Assembly (NCBI GenBank): GCA_963703315.1
Contig: OY969811.1
Coordinates: 256,001-320,000, forward strand
Source of the DNA: an uncultured cyanobacterium
Lineage (GTDB): Bacteria; Cyanobacteriota; Cyanobacteriia; Pseudanabaenales; Pseudanabaenaceae
Reading direction: 5' to 3'
Length of the DNA: 64,000 nucleotides
The notes beneath the pieces are model-generated. The model was not told the origin of the DNA. It did not search any database and saw only the letters and a program-made list of their open reading frames with translations. A program made the translations under genes and the position numbers. Below, one piece after another: positions 50,990 through 61,455 of this stretch. Every line of letters begins with the position of its first letter. The first letter of the stretch is position 1.

Positions 50990-51383
50990 TTAATTCCTGC
51001 ATCTTTTTACCTAACTCTACAAACAAAGCAAAAAATCTTGTCTGGATATTCGTAATAATTGCCTCAGCCGTAGCTTCATTATAAGTATGCACCGTCTGAT
51101 TACGATCCTTAATCATATCCATCCAACTTTCCCCATCCTCAATCAATCCCACCTTAAAAGCAGCTCTCACCGAATCCTTAGAACCAGTAATATTTTGGAT
51201 ACCTTGATCCTGTAAATAATCTTTTAATACATTCCATGCTAATTCATGGGTATATTCAAAAGCTTGTATTAATCCCTGCTGTTCCAGTTCATTCAACTCA
51301 CCTTTGTCAATAAACTTAGTTAACTGCACTAATGCTTTTTTATAGTTGGAAAATCTCTGCTTCCAGCGAATATCTTCATTCAT
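50973..51383 (-). CDS. HEPN protein (HI0074/HepT-like)
   Basis: RWKQRF.N, GLIQAFEYTHELAW..LKDYL, R-x4-H motif RNQTVH. Confidence 0.9.
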   Translation of the reverse strand: MNEDIRWKQRFSNYKKALVQLTKFIDKGELNELEQQGLIQAFEYTHELAWNVLKDYLQDQGIQNITGSKDSVRAAFKVGLIEDGESWMDMIKDRNQTVHTYNEATAEAIITNIQTRFFALFVELGKKMQELSDDAN

Positions 51384-51410
51384 AATTATTACAATTACCT
51401 TTGACTACAC

Positions 51411-52697
51411 TTACTCAAAAAGTACTTTCAACCGCTTTATTAGCTTATCACGCTCCTCCTGCTTGCTCAAATCACCACAAAGATCAATCGTCGCCGCCGT
51501 AATCGTCCCGCCTTCTATATCAAACCTAGCTCTAAGCTCTGACATCCCCACCACCTGTGGATAAATCAGCAACACATTCGGACAGTTGTAGCGTTGAGCA
51601 TAGGCATACATTTGATAAAAATCTGCCTGTGAAACACCCAACTTGCGATCGCCTTCCTTTAATCTCTTATACTTCGTATCCATAATCAAAGGGAAACTTC
51701 TATTTTGACGTATTACCAAATCGGGCTTTAAGTGGAATACGCGCTTACCTTCTGTAGTCGCAAGGTATTTTGGCTCATGGTGAGACTGTGGCAACAATTC
51801 ACAATCTTGTAGCTCTATTGGTAAAATTTCCTGACGATGGCGATCGATAAAGGCGATTACGAACTCCTCAAAAAGCTTATTCATATCCAAAGCAAAGGCA
51901 AAAGTCTGGAAATTGCCACTGGATAATTGCAAACTCTCATTTTCTAGAAACAAACGCGTCAGATTTAAAAGTGGCTCAAAGCGTTGGTTTAAGCGCGTAA
52001 TTGGAATTAATCGCAAATCTTCAACATTCACCTTTGGCAATAAAGTTACTTCTTCCATCCATTGCTGCAACTCATGCAACATTTGTCGATTATGGAAATT
52101 GCGCGTTAACTGATACAGCCGCTCCACCACATAGCGTAAAACCCGATTCAGTTGATTGTCCGCCGTAAATTCATCAAAAGTCACAGCGAACAAATGCTTA
52201 CGTTCAGGACGACGTAGCTGCTCTGTTAAGTTCCATTTGCCTTTGAGAACTGGTAAAGTATCACTCACAGCTTGGTAATTCCGAAAAGCGCCCCTTTGCC
52301 ACTCTTCCAAAAGATTCATTGCAAACAAGCGTGTCAAAATCTCAAACCAATCGAGATCCTGTTGACATAGAGAAGCCAGAGAATATTGCTTAACACTCAA
52401 CTGGTGAGTATATTCCAACATATACAGCAAATTCCGCACTGCTTCTTGCTTTTGTGTTGCCACATCAGATGAGCGATACATTTTCGGTAAAACTTCGACG
52501 GTGCGATCGCCTAATCGAAATACACCCACATATTGCCGCGCTTTTAGCTCCCGATCGCCATTGTAGATAGTCAAGTCAAACAAGCGATCGCCAAGTATTT
52601 TTTCTAACTTAGTGATCGCCTCTTGCTCTCGATCTGTCCAATTAAAACCACTGCTCAATTCGTATTCAAATAAGGATAGTTCCACAAATTTTTGCAA
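51411..52697 (-). CDS. mcrC: McrC-family restriction endonuclease subunit
   Basis: YVGV......EVLPK, DN.LNR, DMNKLFEEFV, LKPDL, DTKYK, D.YQMYAYA, LIYP. Confidence 0.92.
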   Translation of the reverse strand: MQKFVELSLFEYELSSGFNWTDREQEAITKLEKILGDRLFDLTIYNGDRELKARQYVGVFRLGDRTVEVLPKMYRSSDVATQKQEAVRNLLYMLEYTHQLSVKQYSLASLCQQDLDWFEILTRLFAMNLLEEWQRGAFRNYQAVSDTLPVLKGKWNLTEQLRRPERKHLFAVTFDEFTADNQLNRVLRYVVERLYQLTRNFHNRQMLHELQQWMEEVTLLPKVNVEDLRLIPITRLNQRFEPLLNLTRLFLENESLQLSSGNFQTFAFALDMNKLFEEFVIAFIDRHRQEILPIELQDCELLPQSHHEPKYLATTEGKRVFHLKPDLVIRQNRSFPLIMDTKYKRLKEGDRKLGVSQADFYQMYAYAQRYNCPNVLLIYPQVVGMSELRARFDIEGGTITAATIDLCGDLSKQEERDKLIKRLKVLFE

Positions 52698-52713
52698 GTT
52701 ATTTTAATACAGA

Positions 52714-53113
52714 TTACGAAGCTTTAGATTTTGCCTCGATCGCCTCAAGCCGACTTTTAAGCTCCTGATTATTTTTGCGAACTTGATCGAGTTCCTCGCG
52801 CAATTGTTTTAGCCCTGCATCCTTACCGATCGCCTTTTGGACTCGTTGAATAGCTTCATCAGCAGCACGGCGGACTCTGCCATCAGGCGTGGAATCAGAC
52901 AGCGATCGCAATACGCCAATTGCACCAGCATTGTCAATTTGTCCCAAGGCGACAACGGTAGATAGTTGAGTTAAAAAGAACGTCTCTTGAGAGATTACCT
53001 TTAAACGATTGAGAACCTGCCCCATTTTCGGTTTGGTTTGGGATTTACCGATTGCTCCTAACGCTCTAATCGCAGCAAGGCGCAAAGGTTGTGATACATC
53101 AGGTTCCGTATAT
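52714..53113 (-). pseudogene. 3'-terminal fragment of a cyanobacterial M1 aminopeptidase (HEAT repeats plus coiled coil), lacking its own start
   Basis: QPLRLAAIRALG...ETFFLTQ...V.ALGQ....AIG.L......PDGRVRR.A.EA...VQK...LREELD...N..L.SRLE.IEAK recalls the PepN C-terminus; similarity begins right after the stop of the upstream gene. Confidence 0.68.
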
Positions 53114-54505
53114 TTATTGGTATTTCGCAATTTCCTCAACTGTAATCGGTTCATTATTGGATCGACTGGGGACATCAACAACGATCAGAAATCCTTCGAC
53201 TTTTCCTCTACCCACAGTAGTTAGAGCATCAAGAATCTTGGGCATATCGGCTTTGAGCAAATTGCCGCGATCATCATAAAGCTCGATCGCTGACAGACAG
53301 CCCAATGTCGCATTCCAATCAAAATATTTGCGATCGACCACTTTATCTTTATTCCCGAAAAAGTCGATCGCCGCACCACTGCCATGAATCCGAAATAGCG
53401 ATCGCCCGACATTTCCTGCCCAATAGCTTTGCTGCATTGGCTGATAGTTACGCCATGTAGGAGGCAAAAGCGCTTGATAAGCTTGTAAACTGCCCGTGAA
53501 TTTTCCCTTTTGATTTGGTAAAAATGCCTGTACGCCATCCTCAAAAGGAACAAATAGATTCACTAACGAAAATTGTCCATAGGCATGGAAAACTTCATCA
53601 TCAGGTTGGAGGGAAACGCCTTCCATGCGGTAAATACCTTGCGGAGTGCGTCCATTTGTAAAGTACCAATCAAGATTTCGCAAAGATTGCAGTAATAGCG
53701 GTGCTGACCAAAGTTGATTACCGCGCTTCAGAAATTTACCATTCCGATCTTTGATCACCGACAAACATAAAACCTCCCGATTGGGACGACATAGCACATA
53801 CATCTGCGCTTGCTGTGGTGCAATTTGCCATTTTAATAAATCTGCCAGATCGGGGATTGTAGTAACTTGATGAGCTTTTTGGGGATTTTGGAGGCGATCG
53901 CTTTGATTGGTTTGGATGGTAGCCCGCAAATGCAGATCCTGCTGCCAATTGGGAAAGCGTTGCTGAACTTTGAGGATTAGCTTTTCGACTTGCACCTTAC
54001 TAAGACTTTGCACAGGATCGGTAGATTGTGCTAAAGCTGCGAGGGATAAAGCTACCCATTGAGAGTCATTACCATCATTAATTGTGCGGACAAAATAGGG
54101 CTTGAGCTTGCCATATACCGCAGGCTTGAGCGTATATAGCTGCATCCCCACCTGCATCGCCGTATCAATAATTCCTTTCTGCGGATCGGTCAGATTTGTC
54201 TCTGTCGTCATCTGCAAAACCTTAGCTAAAGCCTCAACTGCATAGGGTTCGTCAGGTGCTAAGATGCCGATCGCCCAGAGAGAGTCTTGCCAATGGGTCG
54301 CATTACTTTCGGTAATAGGATACTTCTGAAGATCAAACCGACTAGGATGTGCCTTTTGCTGCTGCTCTTGGATTTGGGCAGTTCGCGCTGTTGCCGTTGC
54401 TTTTGGTTGATAACCGCGAATTGGTGGAGTCTGTGCTTTCGCTATTTGTGGTGCGATTAGCAAAATGGCGATCGCCACCACAGTCCTAGACATTAATTGA
54501 TACAT
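53114..54505 (-). CDS. Exported protein with a C-terminal L,D-transpeptidase (YkuD)-like motif
   Basis: Signal peptide; G.TPQGIYR, FRIHG...TLGC. Confidence 0.6.
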   Translation of the reverse strand: MYQLMSRTVVAIAILLIAPQIAKAQTPPIRGYQPKATATARTAQIQEQQQKAHPSRFDLQKYPITESNATHWQDSLWAIGILAPDEPYAVEALAKVLQMTTETNLTDPQKGIIDTAMQVGMQLYTLKPAVYGKLKPYFVRTINDGNDSQWVALSLAALAQSTDPVQSLSKVQVEKLILKVQQRFPNWQQDLHLRATIQTNQSDRLQNPQKAHQVTTIPDLADLLKWQIAPQQAQMYVLCRPNREVLCLSVIKDRNGKFLKRGNQLWSAPLLLQSLRNLDWYFTNGRTPQGIYRMEGVSLQPDDEVFHAYGQFSLVNLFVPFEDGVQAFLPNQKGKFTGSLQAYQALLPPTWRNYQPMQQSYWAGNVGRSLFRIHGSGAAIDFFGNKDKVVDRKYFDWNATLGCLSAIELYDDRGNLLKADMPKILDALTTVGRGKVEGFLIVVDVPSRSNNEPITVEEIAKYQ

Positions 54506-54644
54506 TGCACCTTACAGTCTATTGAGGCTAGAGAAATTTTTGAAAGCGCCGCGAAGCGGCGCTTTCAAAAATTTCTCTGGGTTTTAATCAAGATATGCAT
54601 AGACAAAAATGACTCGCTTAGCGAGTCATTTTTGTCTATTTTGT

Positions 54645-55982
54645 CTATGCTGATTCAGGTTTAGGCATTGAGGCTGGATGCTGCAAAATCTCCGCCGTCG
54701 ATAGTTTCTCTACCATGTCACGAGTAATCAGACACTTGGTGACATCCTTGCGTGAGGGCAACTCATACATCATGTCTAGCATCAACTGCTCAACGATACC
54801 GCGCAAAGCTCTCGCCCCAGTTTTGCGTCGATAGGCTTCCTTAGCGATCGCCTGAACAGCATCGGGCTGAAACTCAAGTTGGACATTATCCATTTTCAAA
54901 AGTTTTTGATATTGCTTGATCAACGCACTACGCGGCTCCGTCAAAATTGCCATCAGTGCTTTTTCATCAAGCGGATCAAGTACAGCCGTCACAGGTACAC
55001 GACCGATAAATTCGGGAATCATGCCAAACTTAACCAGATCATCGGGCTGGAGATTTTTCAGAATCTCCGCCGTGCGCTTTTCGCGGGGAATCGACTCACC
55101 CTGCTGCACAAACCCCATCGATTTTTTACCGATGCGCTGCTCGATTAGCTTCTCCATGCCACCGAACGCGCCACCGCAAATAAACAAAATATTCTTGGTG
55201 TCAATCTGAATACAGTCTTGGTAAGGATGCTTGCGACCACCTTGAGGCGGCACATTGGCGATCGTCCCTTCTAGCATTTTTAGCAAAGCTTGCTGGACAC
55301 CTTCGCCTGAGACATCACGAGTAATCGAAGTATTTTCACTTTTACGGGCAATCTTATCAATTTCATCAATATAAATAATGCCGCGCTGAGCCTCTTCGAC
55401 ATCGAGATCGGCAACTTGCAATAGCCGCAGTAAAATATTCTCTACATCTTCACCGACATATCCCGCCTCAGTCAGAGTAGTCGCATCGGCAACCGCAAAA
55501 GGTACATCGAGCATTTCCGCTAAAGTCTGTGCCAAGAGAGTTTTACCACAACCAGTCGGACCAATCAGCAAAATGTTGGATTTCTGGAGTTCGATGCCAT
55601 CTTCAGACTGACCTTTGGCGGCTGACTCGATGAAACTCAAACGCTTGTAGTGGTTATATACGGCGACAGACAAAACTTTTTTGGCTTCGTCCTGACCAAC
55701 TACATTTTCATCGAGATATCGCTTGATATCGCGGGGCTTGGGAATCTGACTGAGGTTAAGATTTGCCGCAGTTTTGGTTTTCCGCTTTTCATTGGCAGGA
55801 TCTTTACGTTGGGCTGCTTGAGGCGGAGCGCTATTAAACAACTCCTCATCGAGGATTTCATTACACAAATCCACGCACTCATCGCAAATGTATACCCCTG
55901 GTCCAGCAATTAGCTTGCGTACCTGCTCCTGTGATTTACCACAGAAGGAACATTTCAGATGAGAGTCATATTTACTGGGCAT
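54645..55982 (-). CDS. clpX: ATP-dependent Clp protease ATP-binding subunit
   Basis: CSFCGK zinc finger, [29 protein letters not shown]. Confidence 0.97.
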   Translation of the reverse strand: MPSKYDSHLKCSFCGKSQEQVRKLIAGPGVYICDECVDLCNEILDEELFNSAPPQAAQRKDPANEKRKTKTAANLNLSQIPKPRDIKRYLDENVVGQDEAKKVLSVAVYNHYKRLSFIESAAKGQSEDGIELQKSNILLIGPTGCGKTLLAQTLAEMLDVPFAVADATTLTEAGYVGEDVENILLRLLQVADLDVEEAQRGIIYIDEIDKIARKSENTSITRDVSGEGVQQALLKMLEGTIANVPPQGGRKHPYQDCIQIDTKNILFICGGAFGGMEKLIEQRIGKKSMGFVQQGESIPREKRTAEILKNLQPDDLVKFGMIPEFIGRVPVTAVLDPLDEKALMAILTEPRSALIKQYQKLLKMDNVQLEFQPDAVQAIAKEAYRRKTGARALRGIVEQLMLDMMYELPSRKDVTKCLITRDMVEKLSTAEILQHPASMPKPESA

Positions 55983-56012
55983 AAGCTATCTCAGTGTGGT
56001 GTTACGCGATCG

Positions 56013-56705
56013 CTAAACTAGGGAGAGGGCAGGTTGCTGGAGGGTCTGAGCATTGGTTAAAACGCGATCAATTAAACCATATTCTAAAGCTTCAGCAGGA
56101 GACATGAAGAAATCACGCTCGGTATCTTGCTCAATCTGTTCAAGGGGCTTGCCTGTATTGACGGCTAACATTTCATTGAGCGATCGCTTGATGTACAGGA
56201 TTTCCCGCGCTTGAATCTCGATATCGACTGCTTGACCCTGAGCGCCACCGAGGGGTTGGTGAATCATGATCCGCGCATTGGGCAGAGACATCCGTTTGCC
56301 TTTAGCACCAGCCGCTAGGAGAAACGCACCCATGCTCGCTGCCAGCCCCATGCAAATTGTGCAAACATCAGGACGGACATGGTTCATCGTGTCAAGGATT
56401 GCCATACCTGCGTAGACCGAGCCACCAGGGGAATTGATATAGAGATAAATATCTTTTTCTGGGTCTTCAGCTTCTAGGAATAAAAGTTGAGACATGATCA
56501 GGTTGGAAGTGGTGTCGTCTACTTGTGAACCCAAGAACACAATCCGTTCCCGCAATAAGCGCGAGAAAATATCAAATGCTCTCTCGCCTTTACCTGACTG
56601 CTCGACTACCATCGGCACGACCTGATTTTGGGGCGTGGCGATCGCGTATGGATCTGATATTGATTGACTAGATAAAGGGAACATTCGTTTTGAATTCACC
56701 ATCAT
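56013..56705 (-). CDS. clpP: ATP-dependent Clp protease proteolytic subunit
   Basis: [28 protein letters not shown]; exact start uncertain. Confidence 0.95.
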   Translation of the reverse strand: MMVNSKRMFPLSSQSISDPYAIATPQNQVVPMVVEQSGKGERAFDIFSRLLRERIVFLGSQVDDTTSNLIMSQLLFLEAEDPEKDIYLYINSPGGSVYAGMAILDTMNHVRPDVCTICMGLAASMGAFLLAAGAKGKRMSLPNARIMIHQPLGGAQGQAVDIEIQAREILYIKRSLNEMLAVNTGKPLEQIEQDTERDFFMSPAEALEYGLIDRVLTNAQTLQQPALSLV

Positions 56706-56856
56706 TTTGAAGCACTACCTCAATAAAGCTTGGTATTTACCATAACTATCTAAGAGCTATTATGCATCAAAAATTGCAGTGGTAGATTGCCATACTATTC
56801 TAGTTAATCTAAAAATTTACTAAAAGAGGGGTGCTTAGCACCCCTCTTTTGTTGGT

Positions 56857-58272
56857 TTAAGCTTCTTCGGAAGTAGCTTCTACAGTGACAATATCGTCGG
56901 CATCAGCTTCGGGGGCGATCGCTTCGAGGGTTTCTTCAACGGGAGGTTGGAGAGAGCCTTGCTCAACTAGCTCGATTTGCGAATGTTCTAGCAACCAAGT
57001 TAATGCCACCTCGGTCAAGATTTCCTCACGAATGACTGTATTTAGGCGCGAGGGATCAATATTTTGACCTTTGAGGGCTTCAAGGGCATTGGCAACTCTT
57101 TCATTGAGTTCGGCTTCATCGATCTTGAGATTTTCCTGCTTGACGATTTCATCAAGGGCAACTTTGCGTCTGAGGCGTTTAACGGCTTCAGGTTGATTGA
57201 GGCGACGCATTTCTTCGACCAATTCCTTGGTGAACAGTTGCTTTGCCATCGCAGGATCAATCCGCTCTTGGAGATAGCTAGCTTGCTGCCTTACCAAAAA
57301 GTCAAGTTCTTGCTGGAGGAGGGTAACAGGTAGATCAACTTCGAGTTCGGCAGTGAGGGCATCAAGAACTGCCGTTTCTTTGTTGGCTTTAGTTTTAGAC
57401 TCAGCCTCATCGGTGACACGCTTTTCTAAAAGTTCACGCAATTCCGCGATCGTTTGCTTGTCACTGATCGATTGAGCAAATTCGTCATCAAGGGCAGGAA
57501 GCTCACGACCCTTGATCGATTTGATCGTAATGACATATTTAATTTCCTTGCCGACATACTCTTCGGGGTAATAGTCTTGAGGGAAAACTGACTCAACTTC
57601 AACGACATCATCGATCGCCGCACCCACGATCGCCTTTACGACTTCAGGAATGAAGGCTTTTTCATCCACATCTAATTGAAAGTCGTCTTCGCCCGCATCA
57701 GGCAATTCTTCCCCTGTAGCACGATCTAAAACTTTGAGATCGACGGTAACGACATCTTCGAGTTGGATTGCCCGATCTTCGACAGGTACAAGGGTGGACT
57801 TACGAACTTGAAACTCGCGTAGGGTACGATCAACTTCGGTGAGGTCTGGTTTAATTTCTTCAGCTTGCACTGCAAAATCTTGATATTTAGCAAGAGTTAC
57901 TTCTGGCTCAACATCGATCGCTGCTTTAAAAGATATTTCTTGACCAGGGTTAAAGGTTTGGACAAGGGTTTCAATATCGGTGATCAGTTGAAAACCGCCC
58001 AGAGCTTTGTCTTTAACTTCTTTATTTTCTGCGAGGACTTCATTTAAAGTTTTTTCTAGCAACTCTTCGAGAACATTTGCTTTGAGTCGCTGTGTACCAA
58101 CTTGTCTGAGTACAAGCTGTTGTGGTGCTTTGCCTTTGCGAAAACCGGGGACTTGGATCGTGCGCGTCAAGTCTTTGACGATGCGATCGTATATTGCTTG
58201 AGACTTTGCCCCTTCTACTTGAATGTCAAAACCAATTTGACTAGCGGGAAGCTTCTCTAGAGTGACCTTCAT
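56857..58272 (-). CDS. tig: Trigger factor
   Basis: PGFRKGKAP signature, ELPALDDEFA; tig-clpP-clpX order. Confidence 0.95.
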   Translation of the reverse strand: MKVTLEKLPASQIGFDIQVEGAKSQAIYDRIVKDLTRTIQVPGFRKGKAPQQLVLRQVGTQRLKANVLEELLEKTLNEVLAENKEVKDKALGGFQLITDIETLVQTFNPGQEISFKAAIDVEPEVTLAKYQDFAVQAEEIKPDLTEVDRTLREFQVRKSTLVPVEDRAIQLEDVVTVDLKVLDRATGEELPDAGEDDFQLDVDEKAFIPEVVKAIVGAAIDDVVEVESVFPQDYYPEEYVGKEIKYVITIKSIKGRELPALDDEFAQSISDKQTIAELRELLEKRVTDEAESKTKANKETAVLDALTAELEVDLPVTLLQQELDFLVRQQASYLQERIDPAMAKQLFTKELVEEMRRLNQPEAVKRLRRKVALDEIVKQENLKIDEAELNERVANALEALKGQNIDPSRLNTVIREEILTEVALTWLLEHSQIELVEQGSLQPPVEETLEAIAPEADADDIVTVEATSEEA

Positions 58273-58546
58273 TATTAAATATGCCTAGATTAAGTATGCC
58301 TAGATTAAATATATCTAGTAAATCAAAAAACACGTTTGGGCGTTTTGCCAACTTTTGACAAAACTGTTAGAGAGTACCAAATTATGCCAAGTCTATAATA
58401 ATACGATATTGGCGATCGCATTTACACAAAAAACAGAACAGCACTTTCCATAGCACTAAACCCAAAAAGGCTTAGAAATGCTTGCTTTGCAAGCATTTCT
58501 AAGCCTTTTTGATTTGGCTCTGTATAGCTAGCGCCGCAGCTACCCC

Positions 58547-58951
58547 TTACTTCTTTGCCATAAAGGTAGGTCGTCCATCATTTGGTTTCGTGGGAGATTC
58601 AGGTTTGCTACTTGCCGCAGGATCACGGGGTGAAGGGGTAAGTGATTCTGAACCATCTAGTAAGATTTGAATTTTTGGACCAGTTGTGGCAAGGCGAATT
58701 ATCATCCCATGCAGTACCCGCTCTTTGTCAATTTGCTGATCGTCAATGTATGTGCCATTTGCGCCAATATTCACAATCTCCCAATATAGAGAATGACGAT
58801 GTAGTTCAACATGGTAACGAGAAACAACTGAACTATAGAGGATCACGTCATTATCACCAGAGCGTCCCACTCGAATCACAGGCTCAGACTCAAATTTCCA
58901 TGTTTGGATAGGAATAGCTTCGATCGGATGCAATAGGTTCAGCGTAATCAC
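58547..58951 (-). CDS. FHA-domain protein
   Basis: VGRS.DNDV.L....VSR.H, GANGTY. Confidence 0.88.
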   Translation of the reverse strand: MITLNLLHPIEAIPIQTWKFESEPVIRVGRSGDNDVILYSSVVSRYHVELHRHSLYWEIVNIGANGTYIDDQQIDKERVLHGMIIRLATTGPKIQILLDGSESLTPSPRDPAASSKPESPTKPNDGRPTFMAKK

Positions 58952-59110
58952 GGGTTTAATCTAGAAATTTTACAGAGATAGGAAAATTTTGACCGCAAAT
59001 ATTACAGAATTTGCACTTATTTCAAAAGTTTAACATTGACTTTAATCATGCTGACAACTTGTCATTAAAGTAAGTAGATGAGCGCACAAATTAATAATTT
59101 GTGCGCTCAT

Positions 59111-59216
59111 CTAAGTAGTTGGGCATAATTAAAAACTAGAATCAAAACCTGTGGCGCACGCGCAGCGTGCGCTACAGGTTTTAGGGTTTTATATTTAATT
59201 GCGACTAGATACTTAA
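59111..59216. repeat. MITE-like element with TAAGTA...TACTTA ends around a GC-GCA-GC hairpin
   Basis: ctaagtagttgggcataattaaa...aaaacctgtggcgcacgc-gca-gcgtgcgctacaggtttt...tttaattgcgactagatacttaa. Confidence 0.75.
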
Positions 59217-59223
59217 GAAAACT

Positions 59224-60315
59224 ATGAAAACTGTCACTATTATTGGCTGTGGGGCGATCGGGGCAATGATTGCCTACGAGTTAAGTCAATCTCAGTATGA
59301 GGGGAAAGCCCTAGAAGTGACAGTGCTTGAAGCTAAGGGACAACCTGCTATGGGAGCAACTGGGGCGGCATTGGGGGTGCTGATGGCAGCTTGCAGTGCT
59401 AAGGCTAAAGGTGATTTAGTGAACTTACGCTTAGCGAGTTTGAGCAAGTACGATCGCCTAATTTCTGAGTTAACTACTCAAACTAAGCAGGATATTCTCT
59501 ATAACCGTAATGGGATTTTAAATTTGTATCGATCGCCTGATGCAGAAACTAAGGCGCGATCGCTAATTGAAATTCGTAAAGAACAGGGCTTTGCTTTGCA
59601 ATGGCTAGACTCTGAGCAAATTTCGCAACAGTTTTCCCAATGGCATACCGATGGTGGTTTATTAAGTCCAAGCGATCGCGCTTTGCATCCCACCCAATTT
59701 GTCAATGCTTTAGTCAAAGCCGCCACTCAAAATGGGGTGAAGTTTCATTGGCATACCACAGTCCCAAATTTAGATGAGTTATCAAGCGATCGCATTGTAG
59801 TTACCGCAGGTCTAGGCAGTAACCCCTTACTTGCCCCACTTTTAAAAAACCAAACGCAAGAGCTTTTACAGCCTGTTGGGGGGCAAGCCTTACGGGTAAA
59901 AGTTCCCAATCTTAACCTCAAGACGGTTATTCACGCTGAAAATGAAGATGGCTCCGATATTAATATTGTGCCGCTTGGTGATGATCAATATTGGCTCGGT
60001 GCAACTGTCGAATTTGATTACGAGCAGTTGCCCCGTGAGGAGAATATATTGTTTTTGCTAGAGCAGGCGATCGCATGGTGTCCCACTTTTGCTAAGGCGG
60101 CAGTTTTAGAAACATGGTCAGGCGATCGACCTCGACCACAGGGGACAAGAGCGCCAATTTTAGGATTTGTCCCTGAATATCCCCATATTTTGATTGCCAC
60201 AGGACATTACCGTAATGGGGTAATGATGGCTCCTGTGACTGCACAAATTACTAAAGATTTACTATTGACTGGCGAGAGCGATTTACCTTGGAAAAGTTTT
60301 TCTCTCAAGGAATAA
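59224..60315 (+). CDS. FAD-dependent oxidoreductase (glycine oxidase/DAO family)
   Basis: IIGCGAIG, ATGAALG, GATVE, G.RP, ATGHYRNG...AP.TA. Confidence 0.88.
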   Translation: MKTVTIIGCGAIGAMIAYELSQSQYEGKALEVTVLEAKGQPAMGATGAALGVLMAACSAKAKGDLVNLRLASLSKYDRLISELTTQTKQDILYNRNGILNLYRSPDAETKARSLIEIRKEQGFALQWLDSEQISQQFSQWHTDGGLLSPSDRALHPTQFVNALVKAATQNGVKFHWHTTVPNLDELSSDRIVVTAGLGSNPLLAPLLKNQTQELLQPVGGQALRVKVPNLNLKTVIHAENEDGSDINIVPLGDDQYWLGATVEFDYEQLPREENILFLLEQAIAWCPTFAKAAVLETWSGDRPRPQGTRAPILGFVPEYPHILIATGHYRNGVMMAPVTAQITKDLLLTGESDLPWKSFSLKE

Positions 60316-60342
60316 AGCTACCTTGTATACATAAGTTTCAAA

Positions 60343-60464
60343 ACCCCCTTTAATTCCCCCTTGCAAAGGGGGACGACTAGAAATTTCTGATTCCCTCTCC
60401 TTTGCAAGGGGAAGGCTGGAAATTAATTCCCTCCCCTTTGCAAGGGGATGGCTAGGGAGGGGTT
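60343..60464. repeat. CCCCTT-TGCA-AGGGG repeat cluster (three hairpin units)
   Basis: ccccccttgcaaaggggg; ctcctttgcaaggggaaggct; cccctttgcaaggggatggct. Confidence 0.7.
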
Positions 60465-60488
60465 AGGGATTAGCTGTGTGTAAAATCT

Positions 60489-61397
60489 TCATTGTTTGAC
60501 AGGGACTAGATCGGGGACATCAGTAAACTTGGTTAATACGCTGGAGTCAAGACTGAGGCGATCGAGTAACTTGGCAAACTCCTTACAGCATTCCGCCGAG
60601 TTGTGCAAAATTTGCTCTTGAGCAAACTTGATAATAATCCAGCCTGAATCCACCAAAAATCTTTCGGCTAAGTCATTTCGCATCATTACGGCGGCATTAT
60701 CGGAGGCAAGATTAATCTCGATCGCAATATGGGCATTAAGTTCAGGATCGATATAGGTTAAGGCAGGTGACCAATCGTAATTAATGCTCGGAATATGTAG
60801 ATTTACGCCTTGATAGATAGTTCCAGTTAAATGCTGCTGAAGCGTAATTCCAAAATAGTAAATCACGCCTTCGATAGTTTGCTCATCTGTTGGTTTCGCA
60901 TCGAGTAAAGGATTCATCACCTCACTCAAAGCGATCGCCTTGTCATGAGGAGATAACTTTGCAAAAAACTTGCGAAATTGCTGATGGCGAAACTCAAGGA
61001 TGCGTTCAGGGGCATGGGCGATCGCTAATTCCTGTTGATATTTAATCTCTTCACGGGAATAAGCTTCTAACTTAGTTAAATATCGCTGAAACGTCTCTTG
61101 ATGTTTTTGATATCGTCTTTTGTAAGTCTCAAACTGATATTTAATCCGAATCACAATTGCTATTGTCCCCACAATGAGCAAAATGATACCTAACTCTTTG
61201 GCAAACAGCGTAATTATCGATACCACCACAGTTAGCCCAAAGGTCAGAGCTAGTGCTTCCTGTATGTGAATCGGTGTCGGCTGGCGATAGGCAGGAACAC
61301 TAGGTAGGCTGACATTAAAATTAGGTGCAACAGGCTTAGATTGAGCGATGCGTTGCACTTCTGGAGGAATGAGAATAACAGGAAACTGACGCATCAA
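60489..61397 (-). CDS. Membrane-anchored protein with a degenerate DUF559/Vsr-like C-terminal domain
   Basis: Two TM helices, coiled coil, then SPALTYID...IAIEIN...FL..SGWIIIKFAQEQI. Confidence 0.6.
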   Translation of the reverse strand: MMRQFPVILIPPEVQRIAQSKPVAPNFNVSLPSVPAYRQPTPIHIQEALALTFGLTVVVSIITLFAKELGIILLIVGTIAIVIRIKYQFETYKRRYQKHQETFQRYLTKLEAYSREEIKYQQELAIAHAPERILEFRHQQFRKFFAKLSPHDKAIALSEVMNPLLDAKPTDEQTIEGVIYYFGITLQQHLTGTIYQGVNLHIPSINYDWSPALTYIDPELNAHIAIEINLASDNAAVMMRNDLAERFLVDSGWIIIKFAQEQILHNSAECCKEFAKLLDRLSLDSSVLTKFTDVPDLVPVKQ

Positions 61398-61455
61398 TTA
61401 ATCTACGTGGTTAATTTGATTGATAGAAAAGGGGCGCTTTGCGCCCCTTTTCTAT

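Noticed and set aside
52714..53181. 155-aa ORF as an intact gene
   Set aside because: Its first ~22 codons are an alternate frame of the upstream gene; better explained as a gene fragment
58280..58320. 15-bp tandem repeat tatgcctagattaa(g/a) upstream of tig
   Set aside because: Two and a half copies only; most simply a slippage duplication
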